A stretch of DNA of 64,000 nucleotides, taken from positions 50,486-114,485 of the forward strand of contig JAVBLR010000008.1 of assembly GCA_031553395.1 (NCBI GenBank), in the 5' to 3' direction. Numbering within the stretch: position 1 is the first letter of the stretch; each line of letters begins with the position of its first letter. Under the pieces are notes generated by a model. That model searched no databases, was not told the DNA's origin, and was given only the letters and a program-made list of their open reading frames with translations. Source of the stretch: Bacteroidales bacterium (GTDB lineage: Bacteria; Bacteroidota; Bacteroidia; Bacteroidales; WRGA01). Positions 24,609 to 34,819 of this stretch are shown here, one piece after another. The translations under genes were made by a program, and so were the position numbers.

Positions 24609-27600
24609 CTATAATTGTTCACTACCCATAAAGTCTTTAGGCAATTTTCCAAAATGTTCATAAAAGCATTTGGAGAAATAAGATGGAGTATTAAATCCTA
24701 CAATAATGCAGACTTCGTTTATACGATATTTCCCTGTCGATAATAACTCGGCACTTTTATTCAATCGAATTAATTTGATGTAATCATTAGGAGTTAATCC
24801 GGTAATATTTTTGATTTTCTTTTGAAAGTTCGTCCTGCTGATGGCAAATTCACTGGAAAGGCTGTCTATGGAAAATTTTTCGTCCGACATGTTATCTAAT
24901 ATGAAAGCGTTTAGTTTTTTGACAAATTCGGCACTTTCATTGTTCTCGGTATTGTTTCTTTTGAAATATTGCAAAGGAGATTTAATGAAGTTTCTACGAA
25001 GCTTGGTCCTGTTTTCTACAATACTATTGATTTGAGCTTTTAATTGCTCCAATGAAAAAGGTTTTTCCATATAAACATCTGCCCCTTTTTTCAAGCCTTC
25101 GATTTTGGTCGAAGTATCTGTTTTTGCCGATAATAAAATAAGTGGAAGGTGTGAGTATGCGGGATTGCCTTTCAGCTCATTGCATAACTCCAAACCATCC
25201 ATTTTAGGCATCATAATATCGGAAATAATGATGTCTATATTAGAATGCTTTAATATTTTCAGCGCTTCAATGCCATTTTCGGCTTCGAGGATATTATATT
25301 GTTCGATTAAACAATCCTTCATAAAAATGCGCAACTCTTCATTATCTTCTACGATTAATATAGTGTATTCGTATTCAGGCTCTACTGTTTCTACCTGATA
25401 ATTAACTTTCTCAGAAGAATCTTCTTGATCATTATTTTCAATTTTTTCAGTTTTTAGCATAGGAAGTTCCAATGTAAAAATGCAACCTTTTCCATATTCG
25501 GACTGTACGGAAATATTTCCTCCAAGTTTTTTTGCAAGAGATTGGGATAATGAAAGACCCAATCCGGATCCTTGTTTGGTATAGTTATCAGAATTATCTA
25601 CTTGATAAAACGGTTCGAAAATTTTATCCTGAAAATCTTTTTTGATTCCATTTCCATTGTCTTCAACTGATAAATAAAGAATTTCTCCGCTAGTAACCAG
25701 CCTTACACTTATTTTGTCCTTTGTGAATTTTACAGCATTAGAAATTAAATTGCTGATAATCTTATATAAAGCTTCGGAATCGACATAACTCAATATATTG
25801 TTTTCCTGAATATCAAGATTCATCTCAATATGATGTATTTTAATATCCTGATAATGTTGGTCATAAACCTTTTTGACAATCTTCACGACATTTTGATAGC
25901 GAAGATTAAGCAGAAACATATCATTTTCAATTTTTCTGAAGTCGAGTAACTGATTAACTAAATCAAGTAAACGATTGGTATTACGTTTAATTAAATTCAG
26001 ATTTTTATTTACTTTTTCATTGGTATCTTCCGAATCAATAATATTTTCTAACGGTGCTGTAATTAATGAGAGTGGCGTCCTGATTTCATGGGCAATATTA
26101 GTGAAGAAATTAATTTTTGATTCGTAAATTTCTTTTTCTTTTGCTATCTGATATCTGTATTGTTTTTCCTGATTTTTATTATTGATGCGTTTGTGATATT
26201 TTGAAACAACGTATAATATAATACCTGTGAAAAAGACAAAGTACAATATAAGCATGTAAGTTTCCAACCAAAAAGGAGGTTTTATTTTAATGTTAATAAT
26301 TGTCTCTTCACTCCATATTCCGTCGTTATTTGTACCTTTTATTTTCAATACATAATTACCCGGAGGAATATTCATGTATTGAGCCATTTTTCTGGATGTA
26401 TAATTCCAGGTTTTGTCGAAGCCGTCTAATTTGTAAGCAAAGGAGTTACTTTCCGGAAAAATATAACTTAGCGAAGCAAATTCAAAACTGAAATTAGATT
26501 GAAAATGTTTCAGGATAATTTCTTTTGTTGTCCCCAACGAACATTTGAGAGGAGATGATTCTTCTCCCGGAAAAACTTCTTGATTAAATATGCGAAATCC
26601 AGTAAGAACAACTTTAGGAACACAATTATTTAAGTTCAGTTCTTTAGGATTTAATAAGATAAAACCATTGGTTCCTCCGAAATACAATCGGTTATCTGAT
26701 GATGTCAATGCACATTTTGAGTTATATTGCATTTCTTTTCCAATATATCCAAAGGTTTTTATGTTGAAAGAATCAGAAGATATTTTGATAATTCCTCTTC
26801 TTGTACTGACCCATAAATCACCTTCTTTATCATTTAAAATAGAATAAATACTGTTGGATGGCATTCCTGATTTTTCATTCAGAACCTTTTCTATTTCTCC
26901 ATTCATAGTATTATATAATACGAGTCCTTCATTTTTTGTACCTATCCACAGGTAATTTGGTTTAGAGTAGTGGATGCAACTCAAATCATTACTGATAAGA
27001 GTAAATTTTGGATCAGACTTGTTTGAGAAGTTTTTCCATGTTCCATCCGGGTTCCAACGGAAAAGTCCATAAGAATAAGTTGCAAACCAAACAGTTCCGG
27101 AAGAATCTTCAGCAATATCGACTATTGCTATACCAAAAAGAGGTTTTAATGTTTTAAGTTCTCCATCAGGTTCTTTATACGCACATCCTCCTGATTCCAT
27201 CGCAAACAGGATTCCTCCTTTGGAAGTTTTGAATATAGATTTTCCTTCGATTGTTCTAATATTTATTTTTTCAATGATTTTTCCTGTTTGGAGGGAAATT
27301 ACATTTATTTCTCTTCCATAAATACTAACATAAAGGTTATCCTGATCTCTTAACATTCCTTGGATGTTGTGGTAATCCATTTTAAATGCCTCTTCCATTT
27401 CATTCTTATTCGGGTTGAAGCGATAAATAATATTGTTGTTATGGGTTGCTATCAGTATATTACCATTTTTTTCTTCTACAATACCACTAATAATATACTT
27501 TCTGGAGGTTTTTTCCAAAAAGACATTAGAATAAGAAAATTTGTTAATGGAAGGAGAAAAATAATTAACTCCACCGAAATAAGTTCCGATCCAGAACGAT

Positions 27601-28553
27601 CCTTCTTTATCTTGGGCTATAGAAAAAATAGAATTATCAGATGTATCATCATTAGTATCGTTTTCTTTAATTATTTTATAAGTTTCGGAATCAGTGTCGA
27701 AAATGATTAGACCTTTATCTGAACCCATGATCAGTTCGTGGTCTGAATATTTAGTAATGGCTTTTACACTTCCCGTGTTTTGTAAATAATGTGATACTTC
27801 TTCACTGATGTTATTGTATTTGAATAATCCGTTTGTGGAAGTTCCTATCCATAGATTATTGTCATCATCACAATAAATGCTATATATGGTTTGCTTTCTT
27901 ATATCTAATCCTTTCCGATTGGTTATTGGTGTAAAACGTTCATTTCTGGGGTCGAAGTGAATCATTCCTTTTCCGGCGGTTCCCAACCATAAATTGCCAT
28001 AATTGTCAGCTATAATGGTCCAAATGAAATTAGCAGGGGCATCTTCAAGCTTGTAATGTTTTTCAATAACGAGTTGATTGTTTAATTTATACAATCCATC
28101 ACCATGACATGCTACCCAAATATTTCCGTTTGCATCTTCAATAATGTCATTTACATTAACATCTTTCTTTTCACCTTTCTCTAATGGAATATGTTTGAAA
28201 TTATCATGTGTTTTATCATACAAATAAACACCGTTTCTAGTTCCAACCAATATTCTCTTTTTAGAAACCTCCTTGATGCAATGTATAAAATTGTGTCCGA
28301 TAGATAAAGAATCGTTTTGTTGTTTCCTGTAGATTTTGAAATTATTACCATCAAAACGATTGAGCCCATCCATTGTTCCAAGCCACATAAACCCATCGCT
28401 ATCTTGCATAACAGTCCAAACACAATTATGTGATAACCCATTTTCAATCTGATAATTCCTGAAGTAGGAGCAATGAAGAGGTAGAAGAAATAAAAAATGG
28501 AAAAAGAGAATAATAGAAAACTGCTTCATAGTATTAAATCGAAATAAAAACAA
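24609..28553 (-). CDS. Hybrid two-component system regulator (beta-propeller sensor, HK, REC, AraC HTH) of the adjacent PUL
   Basis: The N-terminal periplasmic propeller repeats include 'DGFMWLGTMDGLNRFDG' and a TM segment follows. The kinase shows HisKA 'IAHEIRTPLSLI' and HATPase 'GSGLGLSLS'. The REC domain shows 'ILIVEDNEE...SDIMMPKMDG' and the C-terminus is AraC-type. The start may be the internal ATG at 28529. Confidence 0.9.
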   Translation of the reverse strand: MFLFRFNTMKQFSIILFFHFLFLLPLHCSYFRNYQIENGLSHNCVWTVMQDSDGFMWLGTMDGLNRFDGNNFKIYRKQQNDSLSIGHNFIHCIKEVSKKRILVGTRNGVYLYDKTHDNFKHIPLEKGEKKDVNVNDIIEDANGNIWVACHGDGLYKLNNQLVIEKHYKLEDAPANFIWTIIADNYGNLWLGTAGKGMIHFDPRNERFTPITNRKGLDIRKQTIYSIYCDDDNNLWIGTSTNGLFKYNNISEEVSHYLQNTGSVKAITKYSDHELIMGSDKGLIIFDTDSETYKIIKENDTNDDTSDNSIFSIAQDKEGSFWIGTYFGGVNYFSPSINKFSYSNVFLEKTSRKYIISGIVEEKNGNILIATHNNNIIYRFNPNKNEMEEAFKMDYHNIQGMLRDQDNLYVSIYGREINVISLQTGKIIEKINIRTIEGKSIFKTSKGGILFAMESGGCAYKEPDGELKTLKPLFGIAIVDIAEDSSGTVWFATYSYGLFRWNPDGTWKNFSNKSDPKFTLISNDLSCIHYSKPNYLWIGTKNEGLVLYNTMNGEIEKVLNEKSGMPSNSIYSILNDKEGDLWVSTRRGIIKISSDSFNIKTFGYIGKEMQYNSKCALTSSDNRLYFGGTNGFILLNPKELNLNNCVPKVVLTGFRIFNQEVFPGEESSPLKCSLGTTKEIILKHFQSNFSFEFASLSYIFPESNSFAYKLDGFDKTWNYTSRKMAQYMNIPPGNYVLKIKGTNNDGIWSEETIINIKIKPPFWLETYMLILYFVFFTGIILYVVSKYHKRINNKNQEKQYRYQIAKEKEIYESKINFFTNIAHEIRTPLSLITAPLENIIDSEDTNEKVNKNLNLIKRNTNRLLDLVNQLLDFRKIENDMFLLNLRYQNVVKIVKKVYDQHYQDIKIHHIEMNLDIQENNILSYVDSEALYKIISNLISNAVKFTKDKISVRLVTSGEILYLSVEDNGNGIKKDFQDKIFEPFYQVDNSDNYTKQGSGLGLSLSQSLAKKLGGNISVQSEYGKGCIFTLELPMLKTEKIENNDQEDSSEKVNYQVETVEPEYEYTILIVEDNEELRIFMKDCLIEQYNILEAENGIEALKILKHSNIDIIISDIMMPKMDGLELCNELKGNPAYSHLPLILLSAKTDTSTKIEGLKKGADVYMEKPFSLEQLKAQINSIVENRTKLRRNFIKSPLQYFKRNNTENNESAEFVKKLNAFILDNMSDEKFSIDSLSSEFAISRTNFQKKIKNITGLTPNDYIKLIRLNKSAELLSTGKYRINEVCIIVGFNTPSYFSKCFYEHFGKLPKDFMGSEQL

Positions 28554-28902
28554 AGCTAATCAATTTTATGAATTCAAAATCTTGCACTTTACTCCTTACT
28601 ATTGCTTTTTTTGTATGCAAAAAAGCAGTACTTTCTTATTTTCAATAAATTAACTGATTTTTGAGAATTTTTAAATTCCTGATTTTTGCATAAATCTGTT
28701 AGATTTTTACATTTTATATGCTTTTCCAGATTTTTTATAAAAAATAGACTTTTAAAAGATTAAATAATTAAAAAACAGATAATTACATACATCTGTCGTG
28801 GTTTTGTATTTTCCCGTTGGATTTTTGTATCTCCCAAGAATGAACCAATCTATATTTGCTTTCACAAATAATTACATCATTATTAATTTAAATTTTATTA
28901 CC

Positions 28903-30282
28903 ATGAAAAAAAGAAAAATTACTTATTTATTAAGCGTGGTGGCAATGTCATTTTTGGGAATTCAGTTGGCGACTGCCCAATCTCCAAACCCTCCAACGAC
29001 TCTTCCTGCTGCTCCAACTCATGACGCAGCTGATGTTTTATCTATTTATGGTAGTGTGTATACTCTTGATCCGGGAGCAGCATGTGTGTTTTCTAATTCG
29101 GAGTCAACGACTTCTATCACAGAAGAAACCATTTTAGGTGAAAAAATGTGGTTCACTCAAATAGGTACCGGTGGCACTCCTTCTGTAAAATATGGTTCAG
29201 TTGTGATAACTTTTGACACTCCTTTGGATATTACTAATTACAATGTCGTCTTTATGGATATTTATGCAGTAGAACAAAACTCTTTTAACTTAAGAGTGCG
29301 GTTCAATGGAGAAGAAATTACTCATAGAATAGCTACAGGTTGGAATAAATTGGAAATTGATATGAATGATTACCGGGTGTTAGCTTCCGCTCCGGATTTC
29401 AGTGCTATTTCTTCCATTGAATTAGTAGGTGAAGGTGCCAGAAATATATATATGGATAATATATATGCTTATAATGGTAGACATAGTGAGTTGGCAGATG
29501 CACCATCTACATCAGCACCTTCTCCTATCCATGCTGCAGCTAATGTACTTCCTGTATTTACAGATTTTTATACTAATGAAATAGGCGTAAAAATCAATAC
29601 GGCTACAGCTGGTGACTTGAAAAAAATCAAAGCGATTAAATATGGATCGGCATTGGATAAAATGATTTATGTTACTAACAGTAGTTCAGGAAATGGAGGC
29701 CTTGATCTGCTTACGCAAGTAGATGTTACAGACTATGATTCCTTGCATTTTGATGTTTATCCAATAGGTAATACTATTCCGATGAGAATTGTTATTGGAG
29801 GGTTTTCCACTAAAAGTTCTCCTGTAGTTGCCTCTGCCGCAACTGCTAACGCGTGGAATAGTATTGATGTATCTCTTGCCGACTTAGCAGTAAGTGTTTT
29901 GGCTAATAATGCATCATCAATAGTTAATTATTCAGCTCTCAAAGATAGGGCGTTTTGGTTATTCCAAAGTACCGGAGGGAAAAGGTCTTTCTACCTTGAT
30001 AATGTTTATTTCTATAAAGAAGCCGATCCGGGTCCTATTACCAACATAAAAGAAACTTCTCTTACTACTTCTGTTTCAGTTTATCCTAATCCTGTAATCG
30101 ACATCTTAACTGTTAATTCTGAAATTGCTGTAAATACAGCACGCGTTTTCACTCTTGCCGGTCAAACAATTAAAACGGTTCAGGGAAATGAAGTTGACCT
30201 GAGTGGCGTAGCTAATGGCGTTTACCTGTTGAAAATTTCTTTGGAAGACGGTAGTGTTGTTACAAAAAAAATAATAAAATAA
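28903..30282 (+). CDS. T9SS-secreted protein with two CBM-like modules
   Basis: The start was moved to the signal peptide 'MKKRKITYLLSVVAMSFLGIQLATAQ'. Two ~170-aa modules begin 'AP(T/S)..HDAA.VL' and end 'DN(I/V)Y(A/F)Y'. The C-terminal sorting domain is 'SVYPNPVIDILTV...YLLKISLEDGSVVTKKIIK'. Confidence 0.7.
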   Translation: MKKRKITYLLSVVAMSFLGIQLATAQSPNPPTTLPAAPTHDAADVLSIYGSVYTLDPGAACVFSNSESTTSITEETILGEKMWFTQIGTGGTPSVKYGSVVITFDTPLDITNYNVVFMDIYAVEQNSFNLRVRFNGEEITHRIATGWNKLEIDMNDYRVLASAPDFSAISSIELVGEGARNIYMDNIYAYNGRHSELADAPSTSAPSPIHAAANVLPVFTDFYTNEIGVKINTATAGDLKKIKAIKYGSALDKMIYVTNSSSGNGGLDLLTQVDVTDYDSLHFDVYPIGNTIPMRIVIGGFSTKSSPVVASAATANAWNSIDVSLADLAVSVLANNASSIVNYSALKDRAFWLFQSTGGKRSFYLDNVYFYKEADPGPITNIKETSLTTSVSVYPNPVIDILTVNSEIAVNTARVFTLAGQTIKTVQGNEVDLSGVANGVYLLKISLEDGSVVTKKIIK

Positions 30283-30427
30283 TTTAAGCGCAATATTTAA
30301 TCTCATCAATAAAGTCGTCTTGACTTTTTGTTAAGGTTTTTCATTCGGGAACGCTTCAAACCGAACTCAATTCAAAAACAAACAAAAAGTCAAGATGGAT
30401 TTAATAACTAAAAATAATAAAATATTC

Positions 30428-31273
30428 ATGAAAAAAAGAAATTTTACTCAGTTATTATGCGTGGTGGCAATGGCACTTTTGGGAATTCAAACTACAATAG
30501 CAGCAGTAGATAATCCGCCAACAACGTTGCCTGCAGTTCCAACCCATGACGCAAGTAATGTATTCTCTATTTTTAGTGGAGTTTATACTAATCAAGTCGC
30601 TATTAGCAAATTTTCCGGTCCTCCAGCACAAAAGGCAAGTGTAGAAAATGTTTTAGGGGATGATATGATTTATCTCCAAGATGGTTTAAATTCATGGTCA
30701 TACGTCCACTTTGATCAAACAATCAATATAGATGATTATGAAAAAATTCATATGGATGTTTATGTGGTTTCCGGAGCATTTTCATTAAAAGTACTATTTC
30801 CTAGTGGTAATATAGACAATGATAAGTTAGGTAGTTCCGTTATGTTTACTCCTCCATTACAGGAAGGATGGAATTCTGTAGACATGAATTTGGCTGATTA
30901 TAGAGCATTGGCAGCAGATAAAGTGCCGGATTTTAAAAAGGTGACTCGAATCGGATTTATCAACAATGGAGGGCAACCTCGTACTGTTTATATTGATAAT
31001 ATTTATGCTTATAATGATAAAGGACCAGGCACAGGCATGCAGAAATATTCTGTTGATGCATCTATTTCAGTTTATCCTAATCCTGTAATCGACATTTTAA
31101 CTATTAATTCAGAAATTGCTGTAAATGCAGTACGCGTTTTCACTCTTACCGGTCAAACCATCAAAACGGTTCAAGAAAATGAAGTAAACATGTCTGATCT
31201 TGCTAAAGGAACTTACCTGTTAGAAATCCTCTTGAAAGACGGCAGTATAGTCACAAAGAAAGTTGTGAAATAA
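30428..31273 (+). CDS. T9SS-secreted protein with one CBM-like module (paralog)
   Basis: The start was moved to 'MKKRNFTQLL...'. The module runs 'PPTTLPAVPTHDASNVFSIFSGVYTN ... VYIDNIYAYN'. The CTD is nearly identical to that of the upstream gene. Confidence 0.7.
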   Translation: MKKRNFTQLLCVVAMALLGIQTTIAAVDNPPTTLPAVPTHDASNVFSIFSGVYTNQVAISKFSGPPAQKASVENVLGDDMIYLQDGLNSWSYVHFDQTINIDDYEKIHMDVYVVSGAFSLKVLFPSGNIDNDKLGSSVMFTPPLQEGWNSVDMNLADYRALAADKVPDFKKVTRIGFINNGGQPRTVYIDNIYAYNDKGPGTGMQKYSVDASISVYPNPVIDILTINSEIAVNAVRVFTLTGQTIKTVQENEVNMSDLAKGTYLLEILLKDGSIVTKKVVK

Positions 31274-31319
31274 CTAAGATACATATAACCTCATAATTAA
31301 TAAATTTTAAAAAAGTATC

Positions 31320-34300
31320 ATGAAAAAAACAAAGTTACTAACCTTGCTTAGTATTACATTTGCATTCTTTTTCGGGATACAGACAATAACTGCAGCTGTA
31401 GATAATCCGCCGGCAACATTGCCGGCGGCACCTACTCAAGATGCCGGTTCTGTATTCTCTATTTTTAGCGGAGCTTATACTAATGCTGCTACTATTAAAG
31501 GTTTTTCAGGAGCCGGTAGCACACAAGTAAAAAGCGTTTTAGGTGACGATATGATTTATATCGACAATGGGTTAAATGCTTGGTCATATATTGAATTCAA
31601 CCAAGCACTGAATATTGATGAATATCCGAAACTGCATATGGATGTTTATGTGGTTTCCGGAGCGTTTGACTTAAAAGCATCATTTGCTGTCGGGTCTACT
31701 ACATTTAAACTTTCTCCTAAGTTAGAGGAAGGGTGGAATTCTGTTGAAATCAATCTGGCAGATTATAAATCATTAGCAACACCTCCTAATTTCAAAAGTG
31801 TAACTCAAATCGGGTTAATCAACAATGGCGGTTATGGCCGGACAGTTTATGTTGATAATATCTACGCTTATGGAAAAGGTGGCGGGCCTATTGATCCTGC
31901 AGACCCTGAACTTCCGGCTAATCCTGCGCCTACACCAGCACAAGCCGCTGATGATGTAAAATCAATTTTTAGCGATGCTTATACAAATGAAACAACAATC
32001 ACGGGATTTTCAGGAACTGCTGAAAATAATGGAAAATTCTTGGTCGCTTATGGGATTGACAATTTGATAAAAATTTCAAATGCATTAAACCATTGGGCTC
32101 AAATCAATTTTGATGCTGTGAATTTATCCGACATGAAAAACTTCCACATGGATGTTTTTGTTGTGCGTGCATCAGGTACTATTGAGTTGAAAATCAAATT
32201 CAATGAAGGAAAAGAAGTTGCTAAAACATTAAATCCGGGATGGAACTCATTGGATATTTCAATGGCAGATTTCAAAGATGTTGCAGGTGTAACATTTGCT
32301 TCTGTTACTAAAATCGATATGATCAGAACCGGAGGCTATCCCCAAAACGTTTTCATTGATAATATCTATTTTCATGGAAAAACAGGGAGTATAACACCTC
32401 CTAGAGATCCCAATATGCCTACGACTCAAGCGCCTCCACCAACAATCAGACCGCTTTCTTCACCAGAAGATACTACGCCGATATTCAGTGATTCCCAGTA
32501 TGGTTATAATACCACATTTACATTGAATAATCCGGGTAGTCCTGCCGGAGAAATGGCTGTTTTGGAAATAGAAGAATTTCCGGGAGATAGCGTATTAAGA
32601 GTAAGTGGAATGAACTGGATGATTCTCAAATCGTTGCCGGTTGATATCAGTGACAGGAATGGATTTCATTTCGATGTTTATGTACCGACAGGAACTCCTA
32701 AATTGAAATTTGGTATAGGAAATTGGAGTGCTCTGGGTTATACGGATGTTTTGACCTTGCAACCGGGGTGGAATGGTTTTGATATTCCAATGTCTACTTT
32801 CACTAATCAGGGAGTGGATTTATCAGATGTATTTGTTATCAGAATGTCCAGTGGCACAGGCTATGCAATTTCCAATTTGTATTTTGATAATATTTATGCT
32901 TATAATGGGGAGTCTGGTTTTGAAATAGTATCAGCCCCGGAACCTATTATGCCTAAAAATGTGGTAAAATCAGTATTTTCTGAAAAATACCTTAATTTGA
33001 CAGATGTTGAAAACGGTTATACTGAAGCCGAAAACCAATACAAGAAAGTTTATCTGAGACCAGTTGAAATATTTAAGTCGTCTGTTGCTGATTATGTAAT
33101 CAGAATGCGCGCGTTGGATAAAGTGTCGGTAAAAGCGCTTACTCCATTGAATTTCTCCGATATGGATAATATTCACTTCAATATTTTCAATGCGTATACA
33201 GAAGAACTTCCCGGTTCATTGGAAATCGGATTCAAATCAGTAGGAAGCGATACGGAAGTTTATACTACTACTAAAATTCAATTGAAAGACAGTGCATGGT
33301 CTTATGTGAATATTCCTATCGCCGAATTACAACAAGCAGGGTTGGATTGTTCCAAAATTGAACAAATCATATTCAAAGGTTCCGGAAATATTTATGCCGA
33401 TAACATTTTTGCTTTCAAAGGTGAATATTCATTTGGAATAAAGGAAGACGATAAAGAGAAAATAGCTCCTGTTTTAACATCTCCGGACGATGTATTACCT
33501 GACAGAAATCAACCGCTATTTGGTTTGAATCTTGCTTCTGCTTGCGGAGGTACAGTACATGGTGTTTTAGGTACAGGTTATTATTATCCTACAAAAGAAG
33601 ATCTTTATTATTTCAAATCTAAAGGAGCACGTTTGTTCCGTTTTCCATTCAGATGGGAACGTGTGCAACACGAAGTTAATGGCCCGTTAGACATGGAACA
33701 AGATGTGAAATTGATGAAAGAAGTAATCGCAGAAGCCGAAAGACTTGGTATGTACGTAATGTTGGATATGCACAATTATTGTCGCAGAAATATCGATGGC
33801 ACTACTCATAAATTCGGAGATAGTGACGCGCTTACCAAAGAACATTTTGCAGATGTATGGAAAAAATTGGCTAATGAGTTCAAAGACTTTACCAATATTT
33901 GGGGATACGACATCATGAATGAACCTTATGGCTTAACCTCAGGTGCTTGGTATCAGGCTGCTCAGGCTGCAATCAATGCGATCAGAACCGTTGATACTAA
34001 AACTCCTATTGTAATTGAAGGAGAAAGCTATGCTTCCGCATCAAGATGGAAGACTGTAAGTGCATATCTGATTGCTTTGGAAGATCCTAATAATAACTTG
34101 GTTTTCTCTGCGCATTGCTATTTTGACAGAGATGCAAGTGGGCTTTATGATCTTTTAGAATTTGAAAAAGAAATTGCTAATCCGGATAATCCTACACAAC
34201 ATATTGATCGATTGAAACCGTATGTTGAATGGTTGAAAGAGAATGGCAAAAAAGGAATCCTCGGAGAATTTGGAGTACCTCGTATCGATGCTCGTTGGTT

Positions 34301-34757
34301 GACTATGTTGGACGAAGTATTAGCTTACTTGAAAGAGAATGGAGTATCCGGAACATATTGGGTAGGAGGAACCGGTTACCATCTTGATAAGGTTAGTGTT
34401 CAACCATTAAGTGTAACAGAAAAAGGAGAAAAATTTCTAGAAGAAAGAGCTCAAATGAGAGTGTTGAAAAAATATTTTGACACGAATTCAACCGGCATTG
34501 ATTCTCCTGAATTAGCGAAAACGAAAGAAAACATATCGGTTTATCCAAATCCTGTTACAGATAAGGTATTCGTTGAATTCTATTCGGAAATCAACTCTGT
34601 AAAAATATTCGGATTGATGGGTACTGTTGTAAAATCCATCCAGGAAAAAGGAACAAAGTTAGAAATCAACCTATCAGACTTGCCTGCAGGGATTTACGTA
34701 TTAGTTGCTTATATCGGAAATGGAGATGTTTTCTCTAAAACAATAATTAAAAAATAA
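31320..34757 (+). CDS. Multimodular T9SS-secreted GH5 glycoside hydrolase (four CBM-like modules, GH5 domain, CTD)
   Basis: Four modules end 'VYVDNIYAYG', 'VFIDNIYFHG', 'LYFDNIYAYNG' and 'IYADNIFAFKG'. GH5 blocks are 'FRFPFRWERVQ', 'MLDMHNY', 'DIMNEPYG' (acid/base Glu) and 'LGEFGVP' (nucleophile Glu). The CTD is 'SVYPNPVTDKVFV...'. Confidence 0.8.
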   Translation: MKKTKLLTLLSITFAFFFGIQTITAAVDNPPATLPAAPTQDAGSVFSIFSGAYTNAATIKGFSGAGSTQVKSVLGDDMIYIDNGLNAWSYIEFNQALNIDEYPKLHMDVYVVSGAFDLKASFAVGSTTFKLSPKLEEGWNSVEINLADYKSLATPPNFKSVTQIGLINNGGYGRTVYVDNIYAYGKGGGPIDPADPELPANPAPTPAQAADDVKSIFSDAYTNETTITGFSGTAENNGKFLVAYGIDNLIKISNALNHWAQINFDAVNLSDMKNFHMDVFVVRASGTIELKIKFNEGKEVAKTLNPGWNSLDISMADFKDVAGVTFASVTKIDMIRTGGYPQNVFIDNIYFHGKTGSITPPRDPNMPTTQAPPPTIRPLSSPEDTTPIFSDSQYGYNTTFTLNNPGSPAGEMAVLEIEEFPGDSVLRVSGMNWMILKSLPVDISDRNGFHFDVYVPTGTPKLKFGIGNWSALGYTDVLTLQPGWNGFDIPMSTFTNQGVDLSDVFVIRMSSGTGYAISNLYFDNIYAYNGESGFEIVSAPEPIMPKNVVKSVFSEKYLNLTDVENGYTEAENQYKKVYLRPVEIFKSSVADYVIRMRALDKVSVKALTPLNFSDMDNIHFNIFNAYTEELPGSLEIGFKSVGSDTEVYTTTKIQLKDSAWSYVNIPIAELQQAGLDCSKIEQIIFKGSGNIYADNIFAFKGEYSFGIKEDDKEKIAPVLTSPDDVLPDRNQPLFGLNLASACGGTVHGVLGTGYYYPTKEDLYYFKSKGARLFRFPFRWERVQHEVNGPLDMEQDVKLMKEVIAEAERLGMYVMLDMHNYCRRNIDGTTHKFGDSDALTKEHFADVWKKLANEFKDFTNIWGYDIMNEPYGLTSGAWYQAAQAAINAIRTVDTKTPIVIEGESYASASRWKTVSAYLIALEDPNNNLVFSAHCYFDRDASGLYDLLEFEKEIANPDNPTQHIDRLKPYVEWLKENGKKGILGEFGVPRIDARWLTMLDEVLAYLKENGVSGTYWVGGTGYHLDKVSVQPLSVTEKGEKFLEERAQMRVLKKYFDTNSTGIDSPELAKTKENISVYPNPVTDKVFVEFYSEINSVKIFGLMGTVVKSIQEKGTKLEINLSDLPAGIYVLVAYIGNGDVFSKTIIKK

Positions 34758-34767
34758 AACAAGTAAA

Positions 34768-34803
34768 AGTAGTAGGAGGCTTTTAAAGCAGCCTCCTACT
34801 ACT
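34768..34803 (+). terminator. Strong hairpin after the multimodular GH5 gene
   Basis: A 13-bp perfect stem, agtagtaggaggc (34768-34780) / gcctcctactact (34791-34803), forms the hairpin. There is no clear T-run, so it may act as an attenuator or processing site rather than a full terminator. Confidence 0.5.
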
Positions 34804-34819
34804 ATACTGATTACAGATT

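Noticed and set aside
24841-27710. Multiple plus-strand ORFs of 60-116 aa lie inside the HTCS gene.
   Set aside because: They are antisense to a 1314-aa protein with a contiguous sensor, kinase, receiver and AraC domain order, and they have no independent motifs.
28798-28902. The ORF track gives N-terminal extensions here, and similarly at 30395, 40045, 41955, 43461, 44953, 48950, 54797 and 59284.
   Set aside because: In each case an internal ATG starts a typical signal peptide or lipobox, or the known family N-terminus (for example MQFGHFDD for GH94). Several extensions use non-ATG starts or overlap the upstream gene.
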